Below, one piece after another: positions 34,549-44,154 of a DNA stretch of 44,603 bases. The notes below the pieces were generated by a model that did not search any database, was not told the origin of the DNA, and worked only from the letters and a program-made list of their open reading frames with translations. The position numbers and the translations under genes were made by a program. The DNA is taken from positions 1-44,603 of the forward strand of contig CAYLQJ010000002.1 of assembly GCA_964385945.1 (NCBI GenBank). The letters are read 5' to 3'. This DNA is from an uncultured Candidatus Saccharibacteria bacterium. Its GTDB lineage: Bacteria; Patescibacteriota; Minisyncoccia; Phycocordibacterales; UBA9973. Every line of letters begins with the position of its first letter. Within the stretch, counting starts at the first letter, position 1.

Positions 34549-35334
34549 TTAATTCAAAGAAAACAAATTCAGTTCTAAAATAAAAGAGATAAAAGTTCCC
34601 AAAACTAAAAACGGTGCGAAAGGTATTTCACTTTTCATTCCTTTAATTTTCTGCAAAAGAATCAACAAAATACCTATCACAGCTCCTATCCAGAAAGCGA
34701 GGACTATCGCTGAAAGTCCATAGATAAGCCCTAATAAAAGTCCGAGCCCAAAAGTGAGCTTTGCATCTCCAAAACCCATCCAACGACCCCTAGAGATTAA
34801 CCAGAAGAAAGCAAAAGGTAAAGCTAGTAGTACTCCCGCAAATTCATAAAGACTCGGAATATGAACATTAAACATAAATTCTGAAAAAGTAAAAACTCCA
34901 GCAAAAGCCAAAGTTCCAAATAACAGAGATAATGCATCAGGGATTATTTTATGACGAATGTCATAAACAGTAATCACCATCAATAGAGCAAACATAGTAG
35001 CATAATATCCATAAGTAAAAGCAAAAGCTATCGGGTCTACATAGAAAACATATTCAAATTTTAAAAATAAAAGTAAAAATACTAGACCCATTACAAACTC
35101 GACGAGAGGATACTGCCAAGAGATCTTGGTCTTGCAATGACGACATCTACCAGAAAGAAAACAGAAAGAAAAAACTGGGACTAGGTCATACCAACAAATC
35201 TCTTTTTGACAAGAGAGGCAAATACTTCTCCCCCCAAAAGTCTTTTGGGTGTTTAGACGAAAAATAACTACATTCAAAAAACTTCCGATAACTAAACCAA
35301 GTAGAAAAAATACTAAAAATATAATCATATCCAT
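34549..35334 (-). CDS. pilD: Prepilin peptidase (A24 family)
   Basis: N-terminal CxxC...CxxC (CLSCQKE, CRHCKTK). Polytopic, with the conserved Asp-containing motifs YDIRHKIIPD and GFGDAKL. Confidence 0.9.
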   Translation of the reverse strand: MDMIIFLVFFLLGLVIGSFLNVVIFRLNTQKTFGGRSICLSCQKEICWYDLVPVFSFCFLSGRCRHCKTKISWQYPLVEFVMGLVFLLLFLKFEYVFYVDPIAFAFTYGYYATMFALLMVITVYDIRHKIIPDALSLLFGTLAFAGVFTFSEFMFNVHIPSLYEFAGVLLALPFAFFWLISRGRWMGFGDAKLTFGLGLLLGLIYGLSAIVLAFWIGAVIGILLILLQKIKGMKSEIPFAPFLVLGTFISFILELNLFSLN

Positions 35335-35340
35335 TCTTTT

Positions 35341-35349
35341 ATTATATCA
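35341..35349 (-). promoter_or_regulatory. Extended -10 box TGATATAAT of pilD (leaderless geometry)
   Basis: The minus strand reads TGaTATAAT, then 6 nt (aaaaga), then ATG 35334. Confidence 0.45.
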
Positions 35350-35360
35350 ATATATCTAAA

Positions 35361-35392
35361 TTAAAAACAGCCCCTTTCGAGGCTGTTTTTAA
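35361..35392 (-). terminator. Intrinsic terminator after the second pilin gene
   Basis: Stem AAAAACAGCC / GGCTGTTTTT (35363-35372 / 35381-35390), 8-nt loop. Confidence 0.75.
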
Positions 35393-35393
35393 T

Positions 35394-35954
35394 TTAATTA
35401 CATCTATATCCATTTGCAGCTGTAGCAAGAGGAAAAGCAGTTGTGAACTCTCCGAGAGTTGTTGGAACAGTACCAGTAAATTCTGCTTTCGAACCCCTGT
35501 TGTCATTACAGAAAGCACCAGTTGAAGTAGTGGCTATGAAAAACCATCTCCCAGTAAGATTAACATTGGCTCCATCCCAACCATAATAAATAAGAGTTGT
35601 TCCAGGCAAAGTACTAGCCAAAGAGTACAAACTATTTAAAGAAGTTGTAGTAGCATTAAATAAAGTTCCACTAGCTGCTGTTCCAGCAGGCAAAGCACCA
35701 GTAATACCATCACTTACTAAATAAGGAGCAAGTGGAGCTGGGGCTGTTCCAACTACAGCAGATGTACCTATAGTACCACTAAACAAAAAAGCTTGTGAAG
35801 TCATTTGACCGACCTGAGATCTAACTTTTGCATCATTACTTTTCCCTTTTCCAGAGTTTAATGCTGTTAAAACTATTGCAGCCAAAATACCAATAATAGC
35901 CACAACGACTAATAACTCTATTAATGTAAAACCTTTTTTGAAATTTAATTTCAT
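35394..35954 (-). CDS. pilA: Type IV pilin (186 aa)
   Basis: MKLNFKKG|FTLIELLVVVAIIGILAAIV, and a C-terminal Cys pair (FCNDN...YRCN). Confidence 0.85.
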   Translation of the reverse strand: MKLNFKKGFTLIELLVVVAIIGILAAIVLTALNSGKGKSNDAKVRSQVGQMTSQAFLFSGTIGTSAVVGTAPAPLAPYLVSDGITGALPAGTAASGTLFNATTTSLNSLYSLASTLPGTTLIYYGWDGANVNLTGRWFFIATTSTGAFCNDNRGSKAEFTGTVPTTLGEFTTAFPLATAANGYRCN

Positions 35955-35994
35955 AATTTATTTTTTTTTATTTATAATATAAAAGCTTAATATT

Positions 35995-36003
35995 ATTATA
36001 TCA
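35995..36003 (-). promoter_or_regulatory. Extended -10 box TGATATAAT of the second pilin gene
   Basis: The minus strand reads caTGaTATAAT, about 40 nt upstream of ATG 35954. Confidence 0.45.
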
Positions 36004-36015
36004 TGACTAATATAT

Positions 36016-36044
36016 AAAAAACCACTTTTTTGAAGTGGTTTTTT
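36016..36044 (-). terminator. Intrinsic terminator after the first pilin gene
   Basis: Stem AACCACTT / AAGTGGTT (36020-36027 / 36033-36040), flanked by an A-run and a T-run. Confidence 0.75.
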
Positions 36045-36072
36045 ATATTACATTTATTTTTCTTATGAAAAA

Positions 36073-36528
36073 TTATGCATTATTACAAACGGTATCTGTA
36101 CTTGTTGCACCAGTTTCGATTTCTGTTCCTGGAACAGCAGTACTAACACCAGCATATCCAGTACTATCAACACAGTAATGAGTACCTGTTGGTAAAGTAA
36201 TAGCAGCACCCCATGATGTAGCACCAGTAGCTGAACCACAAGACACAGCTGTACCACCAGCAGCAGTAGCTGCGTTAAGCAAAGTAAGTAATCCTCCTGG
36301 AGTAGTTCCAGCCACAGTACAAAGAGAAGCTAAATATGCTCCGGCACTAGTAACTCCAAGTTCTGCTTGAGCTCTCATAGAAGACATAGAAGCTTGCACA
36401 GAAGCGTCCTTACCTTTGTTTCTAGCTGTGTTCAATGAAGCTAAAACAACAGAAGCTAAGATACCGATAATCGCAACAACCACTAACAATTCGATCAATG
36501 TAAAACCTTTTTTGAAATTTAATTTCAT
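36073..36528 (-). CDS. pilA: Type IV pilin (151 aa)
   Basis: MKLNFKKG|FTLIELLVVVAIIGILASVV, four Cys residues in the globular domain. The first 32 nt are identical to the other pilin gene. Confidence 0.85.
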   Translation of the reverse strand: MKLNFKKGFTLIELLVVVAIIGILASVVLASLNTARNKGKDASVQASMSSMRAQAELGVTSAGAYLASLCTVAGTTPGGLLTLLNAATAAGGTAVSCGSATGATSWGAAITLPTGTHYCVDSTGYAGVSTAVPGTEIETGATSTDTVCNNA

Positions 36529-36602
36529 AATATATATTTGATTAATAATAAAAACTTTTAATAATTTTAATAAAATAATTTCGACTTTATTTTTATACTT
36601 AA

Positions 36603-36611
36603 ATTATATCA
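36603..36611 (-). promoter_or_regulatory. Extended -10 box TGATATAAT of the first pilin gene
   Basis: The minus strand reads TTGCCT...(19 nt)...with TGaTATAAT at 36611-36603. The leader is about 68 nt. Confidence 0.45.
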
Positions 36612-36661
36612 TAACCACGAAATACTAAGGCAAATGAGTTATCCACAGACTAAAATAGAAT

Positions 36662-36691
36662 ACAAAAGCCCCACCATTGGGAAGGGCTTTT
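36662..36691 (-). terminator. Probable intrinsic terminator after pilC
   Basis: Stem AAAGCCC / GGGCTTT (36665-36671 / 36684-36690). Weaker U-tract (UUUUGUA). Confidence 0.45.
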
Positions 36692-36702
36692 TAAAGTCTT
36701 TT

Positions 36703-37911
36703 TTAACCTATTCCTCCAGCTAGGTTATAGATAGGGACGAGTACCGATACAAGCAATATTCCAACTCCTAGACCGAGCACTACAATCATTACAGGCTCTA
36801 TAAGTCCGATCAAGGTATCCACAGCATCATCAACTTCACGTTTATAGAAATCAGCCAAAGTTTTCAATATCTGTCCAAGTGAGCCAGTCTCCTCTCCAAC
36901 TTTGACCATCTGTACCATGATACCTGGTATATATTCACTATATCTTTCAAAAGATTGAGAAAGCGATGCACCCGACTTCACATTCTCCGCTACGTCTTTC
37001 AAAATAGTTTTATAAACACGACTACTGACGACGTCCGCTGTAATATCAATAGAACGAATAATAGGAATACCAGAAACAAGCATAGTATCTAAGTTATCCG
37101 CAATACGCGAAAGAAAAAGCTTCTTATACAAATCCCCTATTAGAGGTATAGATAGACGAGTTTTATCTATGTAGTTTTTACCGGCTTCAGTACGAGAAAG
37201 TTGCCAAATCCAAATACCAAATATAAATAAAAATATAAGAGCAATAAAACCATAATTAACAAAGAAATCAGAAATAGCGATAATTATTTTGGTATATATA
37301 GGTATTTCTTGTCCAGAATCAAGTAGAATAGCAGAAAGTTTTGGAATAACAATAACAAACATCAAAGTCATAACCACAAAAAAAGTAACAATAACAAATA
37401 AAGGATATATTAAAGCATTTTTAGTCTTTGAGGTCAAAGCGTATTGACGATCGAGATATTCAGAGAGGTGCAGAAAAGTTTGGTTTAATTTACCAGTCTC
37501 TTCTCCTGCTTTGACCATGTTTACATAAAACTCTGAGAAAACTTCTGGATGCTTACCCAAGGCTCCAGATATAGATACTCCGGATTGCAAATCATCTCCA
37601 ACTTCTACCAGTTTCTTACCGAGTAATTTATTCTCAGCATTGGCTGCAAGCATACTAAAAGCTTTCAACGCGGAAACTTGAGCTTCAAAAAGAGTTGCTA
37701 TCTGGCGAGAAAGAATCACGATATCTTTGGTAGAAACTTTATCAAAAAAAGACATTTTAAACCTAGACTTTTCTCCTTCTGCCTCGGCAATAGCAATAAT
37801 GATAAGACCTCTTCTCTGAAGTCCACTTATCGCTAGATCACGATTCGGAGCATCTATCTCTCCTTCTTTTTTTATTCCTTTGTCATCTACTGATTTGTAT
37901 TTAAATAGCAT
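36703..37911 (-). CDS. pilC: Type IV pilus platform protein PilC (GspF family)
   Basis: Duplicated GspF-type domain, three TM segments, typical size (402 aa) and position. Confidence 0.9.
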   Translation of the reverse strand: MLFKYKSVDDKGIKKEGEIDAPNRDLAISGLQRRGLIIIAIAEAEGEKSRFKMSFFDKVSTKDIVILSRQIATLFEAQVSALKAFSMLAANAENKLLGKKLVEVGDDLQSGVSISGALGKHPEVFSEFYVNMVKAGEETGKLNQTFLHLSEYLDRQYALTSKTKNALIYPLFVIVTFFVVMTLMFVIVIPKLSAILLDSGQEIPIYTKIIIAISDFFVNYGFIALIFLFIFGIWIWQLSRTEAGKNYIDKTRLSIPLIGDLYKKLFLSRIADNLDTMLVSGIPIIRSIDITADVVSSRVYKTILKDVAENVKSGASLSQSFERYSEYIPGIMVQMVKVGEETGSLGQILKTLADFYKREVDDAVDTLIGLIEPVMIVVLGLGVGILLVSVLVPIYNLAGGIG

Positions 37912-37926
37912 ATTGTTTTTTAATTA

Positions 37927-38985
37927 TTATAGCATACGCTCTAGTCCTTTTGGGTTTAGAGAATATAAATAAGCGTTCTCGATAGATATTTCTCCTTTTC
38001 TAACTAATTCTAATAAAGAATGGTTCAGGTCTATCATACCGGACTCCATACCGGTCTCTATAACTACGTCTATCTCATGAGTTCTCTTCTCACGGATTAA
38101 GTTCGATACGGCATTATTGTTCAATAATAATTCATAAGCTGGTATCAATCCCCCAGTAATTCGAGGTACAAGTCTTTGAGAAAAAATACCGAGCAAAGAA
38201 GAAGATAACTGCACGCGGATTTGGTCTTGTTGACCGCTTGGGAAAGAGTCTATGATTCTATCTATAGTTTGAGAAGCATTGTTAGTATGAAGAGTCGATA
38301 ATACAAGGTGACCAGTCTCAGCCGCGGTCACAGCGGTCGCAATAGTCTCAGGTGTGCGCATTTCCCCGATCATAATTACATTCACATCTTCACGAAAAAC
38401 AGACTGCAAAGCTTTATGAAAATCTTTAGTATCAATACCTACTTCACGTTGATTAATAATAGATTTATCTGGAGTATACATGTATTCTATTGGGTCTTCG
38501 ATGGTTACAATATGACGATTCTGTTCTTGGTTGATGATATTGATCATAGAAGATAAAGTTGTGGACTTACCTTGACCGACAGGACCTACCACTAAAAAGA
38601 ACCCTTGTTTCTTACGAGCAAGTTCGGAAATAATCGGAGGTAGATTTAATTCTTCCATAGGTCTCACTTTTGGAATCAATCTCATAACTACGTTAATAAG
38701 ACCTTTTTGAAAAAAAGCATTACATCGTAATCTAGCTTCCCCTCTAAAATCATAAGAGAAGTCCATTTCTTGATCTGCCAGAAAGACGTCGAGTCTTTTT
38801 TTATCCAATAAAATAGAGAGCATTCCCATCATATCTTCTTTGTTCAAAATAGGATGTTTCACCAAAAAAATAAGCTCTCCATAAACACGAATAGCTGGTA
38901 CCCGGCCACCACCTAAATGCAGGTCTGATCCCCCTTCTCTGATAACCGTTAAGATAAGGTCTTCTAACTCTTTTTTATAATCCAT
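37927..38985 (-). CDS. pilT: Type IV pilus retraction ATPase PilT
   Basis: DLHLGGGRVPAIRVYGEL, Walker A GPVGQGKST, Asp box, GHLVLSTLHTNNA, AIRNLIRE-like VSNLIREKRTHEI. Confidence 0.9.
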   Translation of the reverse strand: MDYKKELEDLILTVIREGGSDLHLGGGRVPAIRVYGELIFLVKHPILNKEDMMGMLSILLDKKRLDVFLADQEMDFSYDFRGEARLRCNAFFQKGLINVVMRLIPKVRPMEELNLPPIISELARKKQGFFLVVGPVGQGKSTTLSSMINIINQEQNRHIVTIEDPIEYMYTPDKSIINQREVGIDTKDFHKALQSVFREDVNVIMIGEMRTPETIATAVTAAETGHLVLSTLHTNNASQTIDRIIDSFPSGQQDQIRVQLSSSLLGIFSQRLVPRITGGLIPAYELLLNNNAVSNLIREKRTHEIDVVIETGMESGMIDLNHSLLELVRKGEISIENAYLYSLNPKGLERML

Positions 38986-39007
38986 TATGTTTTAATGAAA
39001 CTTAATA

Positions 39008-39403
39008 TTAAATATGAACTTTACTTGATAAAATATCCATAACTTTTTTAACCACCTCAGTTGGTACAGAATTTGCTTTTATAATATACCCCGATACTCC
39101 TAGGGCGGTACCTTTATCTATATCGGATTGTTGATTCTTATTAGAGAGAATAATCTTAATCATATCTTTACATAGATTTTCTTTATTAATATTCTCTAAA
39201 GTTTCGAAACCATTCATCTCAGGCATAATAACATCTATCAACATAACGTCAGGATTTAAACCCTCTTTTAATTTCTCTAAAGCTAAAACACCATTGTTAG
39301 CCGTAAATACGTCAAAATTACTTTGACTGAATTTAAAAGCATACATGTCTAATAAGAAACCGTCGTCATCTACTATTAAAATTTTTTTCTTTTCTCCTTC
39401 CAT
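39008..39403 (-). CDS. Stand-alone response-regulator receiver domain (CheY/PilH-like)
   Basis: ILIVDDD, phospho-acceptor context MLIDVIMPEMNG, ILSN and YIIKA (conserved Ser/Thr and Lys). No output domain. Confidence 0.85.
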   Translation of the reverse strand: MEGEKKKILIVDDDGFLLDMYAFKFSQSNFDVFTANNGVLALEKLKEGLNPDVMLIDVIMPEMNGFETLENINKENLCKDMIKIILSNKNQQSDIDKGTALGVSGYIIKANSVPTEVVKKVMDILSSKVHI

Positions 39404-39439
39404 TTATACAATTATACAATAATTAATCAAAAAAATATA

Positions 39440-41197
39440 TTATTCCCCTTCGTTGGCGAAATTGTAAACGTCACTATAAGGAATAACTCCTTCTACAGCT
39501 TTCAACATGGCGTCCTCTTTCATAGTAATCATCCCATTTTTTCTAGCTATTTTATATATTTCATTATAGGTAGGATTCTTTAAAATCATACCTTGTAATT
39601 CTTTATCAATTTTAAACATTTCAAAAATAGCGATACGTCCTTTGGTACCAGAGGCACATTCTGAAGAAGTCACAGTATCATACATCTCAGTTTTTAAAAT
39701 TATTTTTTCTCTAAATTCTAAAGGCAAATCTTTTAATTCTTCTTCTATTTGCATTTTAATACTTGGATCCATTGGGACTTGTTTTCTAGAAGACGGACAA
39801 GTAGTACGAGCTAAACGTTGTGCAATAGATAGGATAAGGGTTGGAGCAATAAGATAAGGATCTACTCCCATGTCTATTAAACGAGGAATAGCACCTATGG
39901 CGTTGTTGGTGTGAAGTGTAGACAAGACTAAGTGACCAGTTAAGGCCGCTTGAATAGCGAGCTGAGCAGTTTCTTTATCGCGTATTTCTCCTACTATTAT
40001 CGTATCTGGGTCTTGACGCAAAATAGAACGAAGTCCTGAGGCAAAAGTATAACCTATCTCAGGTAAGACTTGGGATTGGTTAATATCTGGCATGTGGTAT
40101 TCTACTGGATCTTCTAGGGTTACAATATTACTCTTCTCTTTATCTAATTCATTCATAAAAGAATACAAAGTGGTGGATTTTCCGGAACCAGTAGGACCAG
40201 TCACCAAAATAAGTCCATAAGGTTTAGCGATAGCTTCTTTAATTAAAGAAAGGTTCTTCTCAGAAAGACCTAATTGCGCAAGTGGCTTGACTCCTTTTTC
40301 TGAATCCAAAATACGCATCACGACTTTTTCACCATAATACGAAGGCATAGTAGATACACGAAAATCAATCTTCCTTCCCTCTAGATTAGTACTAAAAGAT
40401 CCATCCTGAGGTTTTCTCTTCTCGTCCAGGCGAAGCTTGGCTAAGATTTTAATACGAGCCACAACTCCGTTGTGAACGTTAGTAGGCAATAAAATAGTAG
40501 TATGAAGAGATCCGTCTACTCGATAACGAACTTTTACTTTCTCTCCCCCGTGCTCTATGTGTATATCGGAGGCCCCTCCTTCAATAGCATTTTTTAAAAT
40601 CACCGCTACAATCTTGATAATAGGAGCGTCTTCTACTATTTTGGCTTCTTTACCAGCAGTGATGTTTTTAATTTCATCATTGAGACTATTATCATCTATT
40701 ACCTTATCTTCCATTTCTTTTGGCGCTTGAGGTTTATCAAAATTATCCAGGGCTTCACCTACTTCTACAGACACTCCTTCATAGGCTGACATAATCTCAT
40801 TGTAGTCTCCTTTAGTTATTAAGAAAATTTTAAAAGGTAAACCAATCTTAGAAGAGATAAATTGAAGCGCATCTATACCTTGGATATTTTCGGGATCAGT
40901 AATACCAACTTCAAGTACACCTTCTTTTAAATCAAAAGGAGCAAAATGATAATATTTCGCTGAGTCTGCTGGTATGTATTTTAAAACACTAAAAGAAATA
41001 TCTTTTTTATTAACTTTACGGGTGGGCATATTGTAATACTCACCTTTAACTATCAAAGACTGATCTTCAGTAACTCCGAATTCATGTAACGCCACGTCAA
41101 TATCCCCCGCGTATTTTTCATTGGCGCGATTCTTTATCTCTACTATTTGGCTTTGATTGATCAAGCCTCTTTTTACTAATTCTTCTAAAAAACTCAT
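39440..41197 (-). CDS. pilB: Type IV pilus assembly ATPase PilB (GspE family)
   Basis: N-terminal GSPII_E_N-like domain, Walker A GPTGSGKSTT, GEIRDKETAQLA, GHLVLSTLHTNNA. Confidence 0.92.
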   Translation of the reverse strand: MSFLEELVKRGLINQSQIVEIKNRANEKYAGDIDVALHEFGVTEDQSLIVKGEYYNMPTRKVNKKDISFSVLKYIPADSAKYYHFAPFDLKEGVLEVGITDPENIQGIDALQFISSKIGLPFKIFLITKGDYNEIMSAYEGVSVEVGEALDNFDKPQAPKEMEDKVIDDNSLNDEIKNITAGKEAKIVEDAPIIKIVAVILKNAIEGGASDIHIEHGGEKVKVRYRVDGSLHTTILLPTNVHNGVVARIKILAKLRLDEKRKPQDGSFSTNLEGRKIDFRVSTMPSYYGEKVVMRILDSEKGVKPLAQLGLSEKNLSLIKEAIAKPYGLILVTGPTGSGKSTTLYSFMNELDKEKSNIVTLEDPVEYHMPDINQSQVLPEIGYTFASGLRSILRQDPDTIIVGEIRDKETAQLAIQAALTGHLVLSTLHTNNAIGAIPRLIDMGVDPYLIAPTLILSIAQRLARTTCPSSRKQVPMDPSIKMQIEEELKDLPLEFREKIILKTEMYDTVTSSECASGTKGRIAIFEMFKIDKELQGMILKNPTYNEIYKIARKNGMITMKEDAMLKAVEGVIPYSDVYNFANEGE

Positions 41198-41201
41198 AAT
41201 T

Positions 41202-41681
41202 TTAATTGTTTATATTACCCTCCAAATTTGTGGTGCCTGAAATAGGTGAAGCATTTGGGTCTAAATCAATAGATGGAGCTTGGAAGGAATTCAAATCAGT
41301 ATTTAAATTTGTATTCACATTTGAACTAGAACCTTCAACCCCAATAGGTGCGAAGGGATTCGGTCTACCTTCATCTTTATCAGGAACTAAAGGAATAGTA
41401 CCGTCTACCAAACTTTTGAAAGCAATAGAAGAAAATATACTGTCTTCTAGTGCAATATTTTTAACATTAGAAAGAGCTGTTAATATTTGCTCTGATAATT
41501 CAATATCAACTAAATTTTCGTTGTCTAAGGCCGTATTAATATCTGTATTTGTAATAGGGATATTACTAGAAGTGGTTAAATTACTTTCTGGTTCGTCTTT
41601 TTTAATAACAAAAACATATACTAAAACTAGTATTACTCCTATTCCTACAAACATTAAGCCATTTTTTAAAGTTGAATTCAT
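41202..41681 (-). CDS. Hypothetical membrane-anchored protein, possibly PilP-like
   Basis: One N-terminal TM segment, a GRPNPFAPIG motif (PilP-type proteins carry R-x-(D/N)-P-F), and an Asn/Ser/Thr-rich tail. Confidence 0.35.
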   Translation of the reverse strand: MNSTLKNGLMFVGIGVILVLVYVFVIKKDEPESNLTTSSNIPITNTDINTALDNENLVDIELSEQILTALSNVKNIALEDSIFSSIAFKSLVDGTIPLVPDKDEGRPNPFAPIGVEGSSSNVNTNLNTDLNSFQAPSIDLDPNASPISGTTNLEGNINN

Positions 41682-41682
41682 A

Positions 41683-42285
41683 TTAATTTTTTAACCAATA
41701 AGTTTTAATCTTAAAAGTGTAAATATAGTTGTCTGTCGTTGATACTGTTGCAGATTTTGAAGCCGGTGCACTAAGTGAAGAGAATTGAACTGAAGAAATA
41801 TCTACTAATCTGAGGTTCTTTTCTATATCTCTCGTAAAATTTATAAAATTAGCATAAGAACCTTCTGTTGTAAATTCTAAATCCCATACACCATAATCTT
41901 CATTTATATTCTCATCGATAGCTCCGGCTTGAACCACTTCAGGTTTCCCTTCTTCAGCTTTTTTCTCGTCATCATATCTAACATCTTTTAAATACATACC
42001 ATAGACAGAAGCTAATTCTTCAATTTCCAAAATAAGTCTAATATTGTCTATACTATCAGGCAACATTTTTTCTATTTTTTCTTTATTTACTTTACTAATA
42101 TCATTAGATTTTTTTATCAATTTATCTCTTTCATCTTCTAAAGACTTGGAATTATTCAAAGCCTTATCATAAGCAGCAACTTGTGCTTTTAGAACCACAA
42201 CTTCTTCGTATTTTGGAGTAATCAAGATGAAAAATCCTGCGATTGATATTCCTATTAATAAAAGTGGTACAATAAATCTCATCAT
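41683..42285 (-). CDS. pilO: PilO-like pilus alignment protein
   Basis: N-terminal TM segment, then a coiled coil, then a ferredoxin-like C-terminal domain. Position after pilN. Confidence 0.5.
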   Translation of the reverse strand: MMRFIVPLLLIGISIAGFFILITPKYEEVVVLKAQVAAYDKALNNSKSLEDERDKLIKKSNDISKVNKEKIEKMLPDSIDNIRLILEIEELASVYGMYLKDVRYDDEKKAEEGKPEVVQAGAIDENINEDYGVWDLEFTTEGSYANFINFTRDIEKNLRLVDISSVQFSSLSAPASKSATVSTTDNYIYTFKIKTYWLKN

Positions 42286-42290
42286 AAAAA

Positions 42291-42938
42291 TTAATTGGTT
42301 TCTCCTGCTTCTACAGGAATTATATTACTCGGAGCCGGAGCAGAAGGTCTTTCTTTCTCTAAGGTTTGCTTATAATTTACTAAACTCGGATCCACAGAAA
42401 ATTCTAAATCAAAAACAACATTACCTTTTTCTTGCAGGGTCAGATTAGAAAAAACAGGATCTATCAACTCTTTACGAGAAGATAACAAATCAGCCTGTAG
42501 GGCTATTGATCTATAACCTTCTGCTTCTCCTGTCATTTTTATTAAAATCTTACCTTTATCTGATATATCATAACTAAACTCAGTGTAACGTACAGATTTC
42601 ATCGTTACGTCTTGCAAAACTTTAAAAACTGGGCTAATAGTCAGATGCTTGGACAGTATTTTACCTGAAGCTATTAATCTCTTGTCTAGTGTTTGCAACT
42701 CTTGAATTGTAGTTACCTCGAAACGTTTATTAGCTTTCTCTAAGCTAGCTTGCATATCTACAATATTTTTAGCTAAGACTGTTTGATAAAAATACAATCC
42801 TCCGAAAGTTAAAGCCATAGTTAAAAATAAAATAATAGTAAAGATAGTCAAAAAACTCATAGATTTTTTAGGTGAGGTTACCACTTCTTCTACGATTGGT
42901 TTTTTTGGTATAAATGATGTTTGAAAATTTTGTTCCAT
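42291..42938 (-). CDS. pilN: PilN-like pilus alignment protein
   Basis: Short cytoplasmic N-terminus, one TM segment, a coiled coil. Position directly after pilM. Confidence 0.5.
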   Translation of the reverse strand: MEQNFQTSFIPKKPIVEEVVTSPKKSMSFLTIFTIILFLTMALTFGGLYFYQTVLAKNIVDMQASLEKANKRFEVTTIQELQTLDKRLIASGKILSKHLTISPVFKVLQDVTMKSVRYTEFSYDISDKGKILIKMTGEAEGYRSIALQADLLSSRKELIDPVFSNLTLQEKGNVVFDLEFSVDPSLVNYKQTLEKERPSAPAPSNIIPVEAGETN

Positions 42939-42969
42939 CTTTTATATAACTAAATATATTATAAACTAT

Positions 42970-44109
42970 TTATTGTAATTTTCGTAGTGCTAATCCAATA
43001 GCGACAGCAAACTCTGGACCAGTTGTATCTAAAACTTTTTCCAAAAATGCTGGAGCACCGACTTTAGCAAAAGGACGCCCTATTTCAACTTCTGCTTTAA
43101 AATTATTTATCGCTTCTTCTTTCAAACCTTTCAGTAAGGACCCACCACCAGTAAAAATTACTTTACTAATCGTGCGACTGTATTTCTTTTCATATCTTAA
43201 TAATACATTATTTGTTTCTGAAAAGATATAGTCTATATGTCCTTTTATAATTTCATTTAGATTTTTCTCCACGTTATTTTCAAAAAGTCCAAATTCTTTT
43301 TTTAACTCCTCTGCTTTTTCGAAAGGAATACTTAAAGACTTGGAAATTGATGAAGTTATATCTGCGCCTCCACGATCAATAGTATGATAATTCTTAATCA
43401 TCCCAAATTCTACAAAAGAAAGTTTAGTACGAGCAGCTCCTACGTCTACTAATAACACCAAAGAAAGTTCATGTTCAAAACAAGACCTGACGGAAGAGAA
43501 TATTTCAACTTCAAAAAAGGAAGCGTTTAATTTAGCGTCGTCTACAATAGAGCGTAATTTAGAAATAGCATCATTTTGAATAGCAACAACCAAGACTTCT
43601 TTTTTGGCTTCTTTCCTGTCGGCTAGCTCAGGATTATTAGCTTCTTCAAAAGACATTTCTTTTTTAGGAATTTCAAAAAAGTCTAAAGAGACTTCACTCA
43701 TTGGTACTGGGATATATTTACGAGCTTCAGTAGCTACGATAGGAGCCATTTCTTTATCATTTATTTGAGCTGGTAAATCCATAGAGAAAATAAGACTGGA
43801 TTGCACAGGCACAGATAGGGCAACGGATTTAGTAGTAGAACCGGATTGCTGTAGTACCTCTTTTAAAGCTTCTACTATTTTTTCTAAAGGTAGGTTTGTG
43901 ACTGCACCCAACTCGAGCCCTGCATAAGGTCCAAGAGCGATAGATCCATAAGTCTCAAGCATAGCCTTACCACCTTTCTTTTTAATTTCCACAACTTTGA
44001 TAGCCGAAGACCCAATATCAATACCTAAAGCACCCTCTCCACCAGAAGCAGAACTGTTGCCTAACATACCTGAAACTCCGTCTAAAATTTTTTGAAAAGG
44101 ATTGTCCAT
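42970..44109 (-). CDS. pilM: PilM, actin-like ATPase of the pilus alignment complex
   Basis: GIDIGSSAIKVVEIKKKGG and DVGAARTKLSFVE (actin-fold phosphate motifs), and FTGGGSLLKGL. ATG 44109 is preferred over 44151. Confidence 0.85.
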   Translation of the reverse strand: MDNPFQKILDGVSGMLGNSSASGGEGALGIDIGSSAIKVVEIKKKGGKAMLETYGSIALGPYAGLELGAVTNLPLEKIVEALKEVLQQSGSTTKSVALSVPVQSSLIFSMDLPAQINDKEMAPIVATEARKYIPVPMSEVSLDFFEIPKKEMSFEEANNPELADRKEAKKEVLVVAIQNDAISKLRSIVDDAKLNASFFEVEIFSSVRSCFEHELSLVLLVDVGAARTKLSFVEFGMIKNYHTIDRGGADITSSISKSLSIPFEKAEELKKEFGLFENNVEKNLNEIIKGHIDYIFSETNNVLLRYEKKYSRTISKVIFTGGGSLLKGLKEEAINNFKAEVEIGRPFAKVGAPAFLEKVLDTTGPEFAVAIGLALRKLQ

Positions 44110-44154
44110 TTGGATAAAAATATATGATAAAATACTACTATAGTATAACATATA

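Noticed and set aside
36063-36257. 64-aa ORF in another frame on the same strand as the first pilin gene
   Set aside because: It lies almost entirely within the well-supported pilA ORF (36073-36528), extending only ~10 nt past its stop. Its Leu/Val/Gln-rich low-complexity translation is typical of an out-of-frame reading.
41206-41694. 162-aa plus-strand ORF antisense to the 41202-41681 gene
   Set aside because: It mirrors a minus-strand gene that fits the operon spacing (4-nt and 1-nt gaps to its neighbours). No promoter or independent support.
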